A DNA stretch of 64,000 nt, taken from contig OY762825.2 of the NCBI GenBank assembly GCA_963666425.2, positions 2,816,001 through 2,880,000 on the forward strand. The letters are read 5' to 3'. The notes under the pieces are model-generated. The model searched no databases. It was given only the letters and a program-made list of their open reading frames with translations, and was not told where the DNA came from. A program made the translations under genes and the position numbers. The first letter of the stretch is position 1, and the number at the start of each line of letters is the position of its first letter. Of this stretch, positions 1-9,853 are shown in pieces. Source of the DNA: Bacillota bacterium (GTDB taxonomy: Bacteria > Bacillota > JAAYKD01).

Positions 1-1
1 G

Positions 2-859
2 GACCATATGCTGGATATGGGTTTTATCCATGACGTTAAAAAAATCATCGCGAGAATTCCTGCAAAAAGGCAGACGCTGCTCTTTTCTGCCACAATACCG
101 CTTGAAATTTTGAAAATGGCGAACTCTATCTTAGTCAACCCTGTCAAAATAGCCGTGACACCGGAATCCCCTGCCGTTGAGATGATTCAGCAGTCTCTTT
201 ATTTTGTTGATAAGAAAAACAAAATGGATTTACTACTGCATATTTTGCAGGATAAATCGGTTACTTCTGCCTTGGTGTTTTCCCGGACAAAGCATGGAGC
301 AAACAAGATTGTGCAAGAATTAACCTATGCTCATATTAAAGCGGATGCAATTCACGGCAACAAGTCTCAAAATGCGCGTCAATTAGCACTGGATAATTTT
401 AAAAGTAAATTGACGCGTGTGTTGGTGGCAACCGACATTGCAGCACGTGGAATTGATATCGATGAGCTCTCCCATGTAATTAATTATGAACTGCCCAATA
501 TTCCGGAGACATATATCCATCGCATCGGGCGAACCGGCAGAGCAGGGCTTGGCGGTGTAGCACTTTCTTTTTGTGATATCGAAGAGAAGCCCTTCCTCGC
601 GGCGATTGAAAAATTAACCGGTAAGAATATCACTGTGGTGACGGATCACCCGTATCCCATGCTGATTACAACGGCCCCTCCCAAGGCTGCTAAGCCCAGG
701 TATATACCACGGGAAACGGGAGTTGCTGCGCATCCAATGCGCGCAAGAATTTCAAACGGAGTGAAAACCGAACAGAAACATACTGAAATAAAAGCGGACC
801 AGGGTAAAAAAGGCATCGACCCTACAAAAAAGAAATTTCATAATTACTATAAAGGTTAA
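2..859 (+). CDS. DEAD-box RNA helicase (RhlE-like), 5'-partial
   Basis: DHMLDMGF, SAT, HGNKSQ, ATDIAARGID and HRIGRTGRAG motifs; the frame runs off the left edge. Confidence 0.93.
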   Translation, partial: DHMLDMGFIHDVKKIIARIPAKRQTLLFSATIPLEILKMANSILVNPVKIAVTPESPAVEMIQQSLYFVDKKNKMDLLLHILQDKSVTSALVFSRTKHGANKIVQELTYAHIKADAIHGNKSQNARQLALDNFKSKLTRVLVATDIAARGIDIDELSHVINYELPNIPETYIHRIGRTGRAGLGGVALSFCDIEEKPFLAAIEKLTGKNITVVTDHPYPMLITTAPPKAAKPRYIPRETGVAAHPMRARISNGVKTEQKHTEIKADQGKKGIDPTKKKFHNYYKG

Positions 860-882
860 GTTTTGTTATTTATAACGATCTA

Positions 883-927
883 AGCTACGATATTACGATT
901 ACAACTCCGGTGGAGATGTTCGCGAGG
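883..927 (+). pseudogene. Degenerate rlmD/rumA 3'-end remnant
   Basis: Translates SYDITITTPVEMFAR, resembling RlmD GYE...PVDMFPR. Confidence 0.5.
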
Positions 928-1068
928 AGAAGCATTTTTTGTGTGCCATGCAAACCGAGCCATTATATTCGTGAAGCAAGTACTATCAGATTTTTAGACA
1001 TTTCAAGGGAGAATGAAAACCCTAGAGAGAAACGATATAATGGAATTTTAGAGAAGGAGGCAGTAGTT

Positions 1069-1938
1069 ATGATGGATTTGGAACAGTATCAACTGATTCT
1101 TGAGTCTTCACCAAATATGATATGGAGGGCTAATCTAAGTACAGAATGTGATTACTTTAATAAAACATGGCTTAGATTCACCGGACGCACGATGGAAGAG
1201 GAGTATGGATTTGGATGGGCTAAAGGTGTGCATCCGGACGATTATGACAAATGTGTAAAAATTTATCTTGATAATTTTAAACTTCAGCATCCATTTGAAA
1301 TGGATTATCGTCTGAAAAGATATGATGGTCAATACAGATGGATTAATGATCTCGGGGTCCCTTTTTATGATAAGAATAATAATTTTATTGGCTTCATCGG
1401 CAGCTGCATGGATGTTACAGAGAAAATTGAAGGTCAACTACTCAAGGAGATGGCACAAAATGACAGCTTGTGCCAAACATATAACCGGCAGTATTCTCTC
1501 CAATTACTATCAGAGGTTTTCAACGAAGCGCTCAAAGCCGGGTTGCCACTTTGCGTTTTATTGATGGATATAGACGGATTTAAAATCATTAATGATAATT
1601 ATGGACATAGTTCTGGAGATATAGTTCTCGCAAAAGTTGCAGCCATAGCAAAAAGCGAGATGCGTGAATTTGATATTCTTGGGCGTTATGGTGGAGATGA
1701 ATTTGTAATTGGGTTGGTTCATACGAATTTTGAAGCAGCACTTATGCTCGCTGAACGTATCAGGACTGCAATTGCAGATGCTGAGATAGCTGTTCTTAAT
1801 ATAGCACCCATTAAGGTTAGTGTAAGCATCGGAGTGAGGTGTCTTCAGAGTGAAATGACTCTTGATGAACTCATCAACAATGCTGATAAAAAGTTATATG
1901 AGGCAAAATCAAAAGGTAAGAATACAGTCAAGGGATAA
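1069..1938 (+). CDS. PAS-domain diguanylate cyclase
   Basis: RBS AAGGAGG before ATG 1069; PAS (VHPDD) plus RYGGDEF. Confidence 0.92.
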   Translation: MMDLEQYQLILESSPNMIWRANLSTECDYFNKTWLRFTGRTMEEEYGFGWAKGVHPDDYDKCVKIYLDNFKLQHPFEMDYRLKRYDGQYRWINDLGVPFYDKNNNFIGFIGSCMDVTEKIEGQLLKEMAQNDSLCQTYNRQYSLQLLSEVFNEALKAGLPLCVLLMDIDGFKIINDNYGHSSGDIVLAKVAAIAKSEMREFDILGRYGGDEFVIGLVHTNFEAALMLAERIRTAIADAEIAVLNIAPIKVSVSIGVRCLQSEMTLDELINNADKKLYEAKSKGKNTVKG

Positions 1939-1940
1939 TA

Positions 1941-1970
1941 TGTTCCAGGGGGACGGGGGTGTTGGCACAG
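1941..1970 (+). repeat. 30-bp G-rich core repeat, copy 1 (consensus)
   Basis: tgttccagggggacgggggtgttggcacag, 2 nt after the GGDEF gene stop. Confidence 0.97.
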
Positions 1971-2264
1971 AGTTTCGGTAGCCTCGTTATGCTGAAAATC
2001 GAAAACACCGTCAGTATCAAACCTACAATTTGGTTAAACATGTCTCAGCAAGAAGATTAGGAACATTTAAACGTGCGCGTCTTCGATCAGGCTCGGCGTT
2101 TTTTAGCCAACCTCTGATCTATATCAGCTGCAGCCAGAGCATAAAGGTGTGCGACGTTGCCTTCTGCATGAGCCAGGTTAAAGTGGTCACCAACCATGCA
2201 GTGGTATGTTCTTATGACGACACATGCGGAGTAAGCCGTATTGATGTCAAGGGTGCAGCGATAA
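1971..2264 (+). pseudogene. Decayed rlmD/rumA C-terminal remnant following the repeat
   Basis: Frameshifted translation VFDQARR..LIYISCSQS..CDVAF..HAE..AVLMSRVQR*. Confidence 0.75.
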
Positions 2265-2303
2265 TTGGCATTCGTAAAATAGATAATAAGGGTGCGGTAA
2301 CAG

Positions 2304-3157
2304 ATGGATAGATATTTTGAGATAAAGAAACGCTTATTAAGTATTTGTATTAGCGATGACAACGTTTGTGCAGTAATTGCCATTGGTTCGTCTGTCAGAA
2401 ATTATTCAAGGCAGATGAGTATTCCGATATGGATTTGATTCTTGCGTGTAAAAACCCAGATGAATGGCTTTTTGGCGAACAGTCTGCTAAACTCGGAAAG
2501 ATCAAAATATCGTTTGTCGAACCAACACTCGGTGGAGGGTTGGAGCGAAGAATATTATTTGACGGTTCACTTGATGTTGACCTAATTGTATTTACTCCCG
2601 AACAGCTTGAAACAGCAATAATAAACGGAGTTGCCTCCGAAGTTATGAACCGAGGATATTCCGTGCTATATGACAATATTGGTATTACTGAAATCATTGA
2701 TGACAATGTTGAGATATGTGTTCCTCATGCTGTTATGACCGAAAACGAGTTTATTAATATGGTAGGTGATTTCTGGTTTCATACCATATGGTCATCGAAG
2801 AAAATACTTCGTGGGGAGTTATGGGCAGCAAAAATGTGCATTGACTCATATTTAAAGAACTATCTTCTGAAAATTATCGAACTATACGAAACTTCTTCTA
2901 AACAAAGCGATGTATGGCACAACGGTAGATTTCTTGAAAAATGGGCAGGAGAAGAAATAATTGAAGCGCTTGGTGCGTGTTTTGCTCACTATGAAAAAGA
3001 AGATATTGTTTCAGCACTTATAAACACGGCAATGCTTTTTGGTAAAATTGCTCGCAATGCAGCAGAACTATGCTGTTACGTTTATCCAGCTGAGTCTGAA
3101 GATTATGCCTGCTCGCTTTTGGAAGAGTATTTTCATCATACTGTAAATATCGTCTAG
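2304..3157 (+). pseudogene. Aminoglycoside 6-adenylyltransferase-like nucleotidyltransferase, frameshifted near 2410
   Basis: MDRYF..IAIGSSVR in one frame continues as ADEYSDMDL in another; KKILRGELW and WHNGRFLEKW motifs. Confidence 0.75.
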
Positions 3158-3160
3158 CAA

Positions 3161-3190
3161 TGTTCCAGGGGGACGGGGGTGTTGGCACAG
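3161..3190 (+). repeat. 30-bp core repeat, copy 2 (consensus)
   Basis: Exact consensus, 3 nt after TAG 3157. Confidence 0.97.
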
Positions 3191-3429
3191 ATTTTCGGTA
3201 GCCTGGTTATGCCGAAAATCGAAAACACCGTCAGCATCAAACCCGCAATTTGGCTAAATATGTCTTAGCAAGAAGATCAGGAACATTTAAACATGCAAGC
3301 AGAGTAAAAAAGCACGCGACGATGCACCTTTGCGTGGGCTTGGTTAAAATAGTCACCGGCCAGGTAGTGGGTATGTTCCCCATGAAGATATATGTGGAGT
3401 ATGTAAAATTAATGTCGACGGTAGATAAC
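3191..3429 (+). pseudogene. Decayed rlmD/rumA C-terminal remnant
   Basis: Tail similar to 1971-2090; ends GQVVGMFPMKIYVEYVKLMSTVD. Confidence 0.75.
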
Positions 3430-3613
3430 ATAAAAAAAGGAATTTGCAGTCTTTAGCAAGAACAAGAACAAAGCAATATTTCGATACTGGTAAGATCGTA
3501 ACCTGTTCAGTAGTGTTCTAATGGAATCTTCTTGTACTACAGATTAGTAATGGAGGTGAAATTGAGCAGCGGTATATCGGTATTGATAAGCACAAAAACA
3601 AAGGGGGAGCAAA

Positions 3614-5251
3614 ATGTCCAATAAAGACGAATTTAACAAAAACCAACAAATTGCTGTGGATTTTTTAAAGAGCAGTGAGACCAAGGAAAAATTAGCAGAA
3701 ATCAATGATGCAATTTGGTCTTATGCGGAATTAGGATTAGAGGAATTTAATACCGCAAACCTACTCGTAAATTATCTGGAAAAAGAAGGATTCAAAGTTG
3801 AAAAAGGAATCGCCGGAATGCCAACAGCCTTCCTTGCTTCTTTTTCTAACGGCCCTGGGCCAACAATTGGCATATTGGGTGAGCTGGATGCACTGCCAAT
3901 GCTGTCTCAAGAAGCAGGCAACCCTGCGCACGCACCCATGACAGAAATAAAAGGTGCCATAGCACCGGGCCATGGTTGTACCCACAATACAATGGGTACT
4001 GCGGCTGCCGGTACGGTGGTAGCAGTTAAGAAAGCGATGGAAGCCGGCGGATTTACAGGAACGATTAAAATGTTTGGCAGCCCCGCTGAAGAAACAGTCA
4101 TCAGCCGTCCTTTCATGGTTTATGCCGGATTATTTGATGATGTAGATGTTGTCATCGATAACCATGGCGGAGATGGCTTTGGCACCTCTTTTGGAGTAGG
4201 CAGCAATACCAATTGGTCCTTCTCCGTTACCTTCCGCGGAAAAACAGCCCACTCTGCCGGAGCCCCTTGGGTTGGAAGATCTGCCCTAGACGCAGCTCAA
4301 ATCATGAACATCAGTACCGAATACCTGCGTGAACATTTACACTACACCTCCAGATTGCATTATGTCATGACCGAAGGTGGAGAAGGCCCGAACGTCGTTC
4401 CGGATAGATCAACCACCTGGTATTATGTAAGAAATTCCGATAAATTAATCAAATCCGATTTCGAAAGAGTGCTAAACTGTGCAAAAGCGGCTGCCCTTGC
4501 CACAGATACTCAAATGGAAATTACCCCCTATACTGCAATCCATCAATGCTATAGAAATGAAACTTTAGCCAATATGGTTCAGGAAAATATTAAAAGGGTG
4601 GGAATGCCTGCCTGGACTGAGCAAGAGCAAGTATTCATCAAAGAATTACAAAAAGGTGTAGGCGCAGAAGAAAAAGGCTTGCCTGATGATTCGGCAATTG
4701 AGGATAAACCCAAAGGAGAAGCCGCGGTATTTGTGGGCGGTGGCTCTTCCGACATTGGTGAAGTTTCTTTAGTTGTGCCTTTGACATCTCTGCGTTTCCC
4801 AACTTCTGCCCCGGGAGCCATTGGCCATCACTGGACGACAACTGCAGTAACCGGTTCCACGGTTGCTCATAAAGGTGTGATCGCGGGAGCCCAAGTCATG
4901 GCGATCAGTGCCATTGAACTTTTGACCAATCCTGATAAAGTAGCTGAGATCAAAAAAGATTTCAGAAAGATGCAGGAAGAGCATTTCTATAACTACAAGA
5001 ATGACGGCAAGGCTTTAATACTGGATGAGAACGGTAAGGCACAATTTGAATCTTACCTGCCCTATCTATTTGGTAAAGCAGGAAAATACGAATATGATCC
5101 TAAAAACGGAAAATTCTTTGTTGCGGAAGGCAAAGAAGTTGCTCCGCCTGTAGGATTCTTAAGTGAACAAATGTCTAAATATCGCCGTCAAATGGCGAAA
5201 CATTACCAGACACCGGCGTGGTATGATGGACCCGAGATGATAAAGGAATAG
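3614..5251 (+). CDS. M20 amidohydrolase, p-aminobenzoyl-glutamate hydrolase subunit B (AbgB)-like
   Basis: ELGLEEF, GELDALP, GHGCTHN, PAEE, GRSALDA and GSSDIG motifs. Confidence 0.85.
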   Translation: MSNKDEFNKNQQIAVDFLKSSETKEKLAEINDAIWSYAELGLEEFNTANLLVNYLEKEGFKVEKGIAGMPTAFLASFSNGPGPTIGILGELDALPMLSQEAGNPAHAPMTEIKGAIAPGHGCTHNTMGTAAAGTVVAVKKAMEAGGFTGTIKMFGSPAEETVISRPFMVYAGLFDDVDVVIDNHGGDGFGTSFGVGSNTNWSFSVTFRGKTAHSAGAPWVGRSALDAAQIMNISTEYLREHLHYTSRLHYVMTEGGEGPNVVPDRSTTWYYVRNSDKLIKSDFERVLNCAKAAALATDTQMEITPYTAIHQCYRNETLANMVQENIKRVGMPAWTEQEQVFIKELQKGVGAEEKGLPDDSAIEDKPKGEAAVFVGGGSSDIGEVSLVVPLTSLRFPTSAPGAIGHHWTTTAVTGSTVAHKGVIAGAQVMAISAIELLTNPDKVAEIKKDFRKMQEEHFYNYKNDGKALILDENGKAQFESYLPYLFGKAGKYEYDPKNGKFFVAEGKEVAPPVGFLSEQMSKYRRQMAKHYQTPAWYDGPEMIKE

Positions 5252-5305
5252 TTTTTGGTTAATCAGAAGACCTAAAAAAAATAGCAGATTGCGAAGCAAA
5301 CAGAT

Positions 5306-5341
5306 AAAAAGACTTTTCCTCTCGAGGGAAGAGTCTTTTTT
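5306..5341 (+). terminator. Rho-independent terminator
   Basis: aaaaagacttttcctc-tc-gagggaagagtcttttt hairpin with T-run after the amidohydrolase gene. Confidence 0.8.
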
Positions 5342-5484
5342 ATTGTGAGCGTAGCCAATTTATGACGCGAAGCGCCAAGTCATTCATCATCGGAGGACTG
5401 AGATGATAGATGGTATGGCATCAGATAATTTATTATGTGTTGGTCAAACATATAACGATGCATTGAAAGAAAAACTGAATGACC

Positions 5485-5570
5485 TAGTGGTAGTCGCAAA
5501 ATTCGCGACAACCCAGGGGCAAAACTTATCAAGAAGATAATTATGCTCTGGATATGATTATCTCTGTAAT
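5485..5570 (+). pseudogene. RhuM virulence-protein-family fragment
   Basis: VVAKFATT..GKTYQ..NYALDMIISV across a frameshift. Confidence 0.55.
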
Positions 5571-6699
5571 GATTTCCGAGTCAAGACCGGGAGAAAAGGA
5601 AATGATGATAAGCGTTATATGAATTGTTTGATGTAGAATAGCAAATTTGATTTTTATCTTACCAAGCACAGATTTACGAAGCAAAAAAAGAAGAAGTGGT
5701 GGAGAGGCTAAAACGAGCCTTTTTACCGCTTCTCATTATTTTGGATTATTCTGGAATTGACAAGGGATTACTAACTTTATTATAAGTGAGTTAATTTTAA
5801 AAATAAACCCGTAAATTACGCGAGTCTTCATAATGTTACAATTTTGTTAACAATACAGAACAATAAAATTTAAAGAATCGTAATGACGGTAAATTTAGAT
5901 GAAAAAGAAAAATAGTTCGCGAAATAAAGCAAAAGCACAGAGAGCACATAAGATTTAATATGCATAAATGTCGTAATATGTTGTAATGGAATGATCGTTT
6001 TGAATTACAACTAGGTTTTAATACTTATTGTTTCCTAAGGTTGAAAGGGGAAATCCTTAGTTTGTTGAAATATTTGAATGAAAATATTGTATTTCCCAAA
6101 GCGGTTGTACGTCGTGGTTATGAATAAAATTGAACTTTAGGGAACAACTGGATTTTGGAAATGTATTGGAGCCATGAGCTTGAAGCCATGGAGGCAGAGT
6201 ATTGGCTCACACTGTATAACACTGAAATCTAGATTAAAATTAATCAACCGCATAATTCGATTAAATAGGCTTCTTACAAGAATGTCAGGAAAAACAATTC
6301 ATCTTTCATATTGTTAGGTAATATTCCGCGAAATCTCATCGGTCGCAGTCAAAGGTGCGGAAAAGTTTTGTAGAAACAAGTAATCAATGCTGTTTTTAAG
6401 CCACCAAGACAATGTCTAGCTCAAATTCCTGTAGATAACCGCTAAAGCCGGAATCGAAACATTAGTACGCTTGCAATAAAAATACAATGCATATGGCATT
6501 ATATTAGTCTATCCTCAAACCAACGCTGTTAGTAGAATCGATATCAAATACACCTCCGACAACAATGTTAAGCTTGATATTTCATTCGTTGATCTTAGAA
6601 ATGTGGACAATAGTATTGCTAAGTTGTCGGCGGAGGTGTGGAGTTGATATCAAAAATAATCGATAAAACCGCTTACGAAGTTATTCGGAGGTTATCACA

Positions 6700-9459
6700 A
6701 TGTCTTTGAAGATTGATCAGCAAATAAAAATTATCGATAAAGCAATTTGCCGACACATCAGCCATTTCAAGGTTTCTGGCAGAGGTGCGGCCTCTCAAGA
6801 CATTTTAAAGGAATTAAGAGATTTTGTTGAGCATATAATGCTGAAAGTCTATGCTCAAGGTGGTGATATAAAGGATGATTGGGAGATCATTTGTGAAGCT
6901 ATTAAATATGTTAAACCGCTATCAAAATGGAAAAGCCTCACACGCTTCCACGATCTTTTGCAGATCTCTGTTTCGCATTATACACCCGATGAGGAAAGCT
7001 CAGAGCGGTTGATGTTGAAATATTATATGCATTTGCTGAAAATAAAGGACATTATACACGATAGGTTTTCGCTTGACGTGCTTACTAACCTTGATAAATT
7101 CCCATTGAATACTGATACCACCCTGCAAGAGTATTACAGTAAAATTGCCAAAAAGGTAGATGCCTATCCATTCCAGAGAAATCTGATTGCTGACAAATAC
7201 TACATCAGGAAGATTAAGCCTTTCTTTGTTAGTGGAAAAGTATACTACGAAGTTACATTTACACCTGCAAACGATTATGCGAGCAAATTTGAAAGAGTAA
7301 TTGCTTTCACAAGTTTGGAGGTAACTGATTTCTACGCTATAAGATTTGCCTTTATCAACAGTAGCATTGACATTCTTGGCAAAACAATGCCTATTCTCAT
7401 TATAACAGGCTGGGAAGTGGCTATCCGTGATTGTGAGTTTTATAACTTCACAAGACTTATCAGGGGTAACAAAGCAGAAACTGGTTATCTAGAGCAAAAA
7501 GGCATAACAAGGTTTTTAACCTCAACTGGTTTTAGTCTAGTAGAACTCATCGAATTTTCCGATGATGATTTCTTAAAGGTTAAAGCGGCCGCAACACAAA
7601 GAACTAAGGTAGCTATTTTCTTTCAAGACTTGGAACGGTGCCGAGAGATAATTAAGACGAATGCGCTAGGGAGTAATCTCTTGCGGTATTTGTTATATCA
7701 TATGAACAACAAGGTAATGAAAGCGCAATACAATTCTGAGGCCAACACTTTATTGTCCGGGCTTTTTGTCCAGTATGGCAGCATTCCTTTCGATCGTATA
7801 CCGTTTAATTTCAATCCGCGAGAATGTAAGCCGCGATTGCATGATTTGTTTGCTTGCATACCTATCAGCGGGCGTGAACACGAACTGCTTGCACGGTTTG
7901 TGAGAAATAATACTGAAATAAACGGGCAGCTTTTTACCCCAATCAGTGAGGCAAAAATGCGCTTCGGAGATGATATTGAATCATTAGTTACTGCATATTA
8001 TAACGCTTTATATTACAAACATCGCCAAAATAGCAAACTGGTAATTGAAAATGGCCACATATTCATTAATGAATACAAGAATGATGTCCGTTACATCATC
8101 GATGAATTTGCAAAGTTGGCAAAAAATGGTATTCTGAATTATTCCGAAGCGGTAAGAGTGTGGTTGAACGAGCCAAACAATGGTGTTGACTGTGAACAGA
8201 AAAAAATCGCACTTACCCAAATGTTCGAAAATTCGAGGGTTGCTCTGGTTTACGGTTCGGCTGGAACAGGTAAATCTACATTGATAAACCATATTGCACA
8301 GTTCTTTGACAAAAAGAAAAAGCTTTTTTTAGCACATACTAACCCTGCAGTTGAGAACCTTAAACGGCGAGTAAAATCTTCGGAATGCACCTTCTCAACG
8401 ATAACAAAATTTCTAAAACCGAGCCGCAACATTCTGGATTACGACATTATTGTTGTTGATGAGTGCAGTACCGTCAGCAACAGCAATATGAGGGGGATTC
8501 TCGAAAGCTTGTTCACAAAGGTGGTTACAGACGGATATAAACTCTTGGTCTTGGTCGGGGATACATACCAGATAGATTCCATTGAGTTCGGAAATTGGTT
8601 TGATATTGCCAGAAAATTTGTCCCTGATGCTTCGGTTTGCGAATTGACGATACCATGGCGTAGTAGAGAAATGGGTTTATTGCAACTTTGGGAAAGAGTC
8701 AGGGGGATGGATGGTAAGGGACTTGATGCTGTTCTTGAGTCCTTAACCCATCAAGGTTATACTGCGAATTTGGATGATTCGATTTTTTCTGCTTCCAAAG
8801 TTGACGAGATAATCCTATGTCTCAATTACGATGGGCTTTACGGTATTAACAACATCAACTGTTTCTTGCAAGAGAATAATCCAAGCACCGCGATAACTTG
8901 GGGTATTTTGCAGTATAAAGTCAACGACCCAATTCTGTTTAATGATTCAGATCGCTTCAGTCCCGTGATTTATAACAATATGAAGGGACGGATTAAGGGT
9001 ATCGAAATTCTCGATAAAAGCGCTGTCACAGAACGCATACAGTTTGACATAGAATTGGACGTGGTATTGATGAGTACTGACACCTTTGGACAATCCTTTC
9101 AGTTGCAACCTAATGCACCTAGCGGGAACTCTGTTATTCGTTTTGTAGTAACTAAAAGAAAAAGTGCGGATGAGGATAATCCCAGAAGTCGTTCTTCAAA
9201 AGAAGATATTGTACCTTTCCAAATTGCTTATGCCGTGTCTATTCATAAAGCACAGGGCTTAGAATATGATTCGGTTAAAATTGTCATCACAGATGAGATT
9301 GATGAATTGATAACACACAATATTTTCTACACAGCAATTACCCGTACGAGAAACAAGCTAAAAATCTACTGGACACCAGAAGTGGAAAAGAAAGTGCTTG
9401 AAAGCATAAAGCCTAAGGATATTAGTAGAGATGTATCCCTACTGCGGAACTATCTGTGA
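6700..9459 (+). CDS. RecD-like SF1 helicase with long uncharacterised N-terminus
   Basis: GSAGTGKS, VVDECS, LVGDTYQ, AYAVSIHKAQGLEYD and YTAITR motifs. Confidence 0.88.
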   Translation: MSLKIDQQIKIIDKAICRHISHFKVSGRGAASQDILKELRDFVEHIMLKVYAQGGDIKDDWEIICEAIKYVKPLSKWKSLTRFHDLLQISVSHYTPDEESSERLMLKYYMHLLKIKDIIHDRFSLDVLTNLDKFPLNTDTTLQEYYSKIAKKVDAYPFQRNLIADKYYIRKIKPFFVSGKVYYEVTFTPANDYASKFERVIAFTSLEVTDFYAIRFAFINSSIDILGKTMPILIITGWEVAIRDCEFYNFTRLIRGNKAETGYLEQKGITRFLTSTGFSLVELIEFSDDDFLKVKAAATQRTKVAIFFQDLERCREIIKTNALGSNLLRYLLYHMNNKVMKAQYNSEANTLLSGLFVQYGSIPFDRIPFNFNPRECKPRLHDLFACIPISGREHELLARFVRNNTEINGQLFTPISEAKMRFGDDIESLVTAYYNALYYKHRQNSKLVIENGHIFINEYKNDVRYIIDEFAKLAKNGILNYSEAVRVWLNEPNNGVDCEQKKIALTQMFENSRVALVYGSAGTGKSTLINHIAQFFDKKKKLFLAHTNPAVENLKRRVKSSECTFSTITKFLKPSRNILDYDIIVVDECSTVSNSNMRGILESLFTKVVTDGYKLLVLVGDTYQIDSIEFGNWFDIARKFVPDASVCELTIPWRSREMGLLQLWERVRGMDGKGLDAVLESLTHQGYTANLDDSIFSASKVDEIILCLNYDGLYGINNINCFLQENNPSTAITWGILQYKVNDPILFNDSDRFSPVIYNNMKGRIKGIEILDKSAVTERIQFDIELDVVLMSTDTFGQSFQLQPNAPSGNSVIRFVVTKRKSADEDNPRSRSSKEDIVPFQIAYAVSIHKAQGLEYDSVKIVITDEIDELITHNIFYTAITRTRNKLKIYWTPEVEKKVLESIKPKDISRDVSLLRNYL

Positions 9460-9792
9460 GATATTAAGAGGTTAGGATTTTAACTCAATCATTTATGTGC
9501 TCTTTCCGGGAACAGGTTGAGTTATATTACTACAACTTGGACGTTTTAACGCACCAGTGTGCCCATAAAATCACGTTCAATCTATTACATTGCACGGAAA
9601 ATCAGTATAAACATACCAAACATCGTCTGCACCCCCACTGGTCAACATTTAGATTAGCATATACAACGAATTGAAGAAAACTATTTTCATTATGCTATTC
9701 TTATCATAATTCAGCAAGAATTGCCAGCATAATGAGGTTGTGTTCAAGAAATATACAAGCTGATAGATATGTTTAAAAATAATCCGGAGATA

Positions 9793-9830
9793 AATGCAAA
9801 ATATACTGTATTTTGCATTATCAGTATAAT
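9793..9830 (+). promoter_or_regulatory. Perfect 11-bp inverted repeat (operator-like) next to TATAAT
   Basis: aatgcaaaata-tactg-tattttgcatt followed by tataat at 9825, upstream of ATG 9854. Confidence 0.5.
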
Positions 9831-9853
9831 TTACTCTTTTGTGAGGTGAAAAT

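Noticed and set aside
910-1068. N-terminal extension of the GGDEF ORF
   Set aside because: Derived from repeat remnants; the strong RBS points to ATG 1069.
1941-1970. Repeat as a canonical integron attC
   Set aside because: No RYYYAAC...GTTRRRY ends (GTTCCAG does not fit), too short, and no intI in the window.
2030-3456. Short ORFs 2030-2311 and 3250-3456 as real genes
   Set aside because: They are chance open frames through decayed rlmD-like tails, with no RBS.
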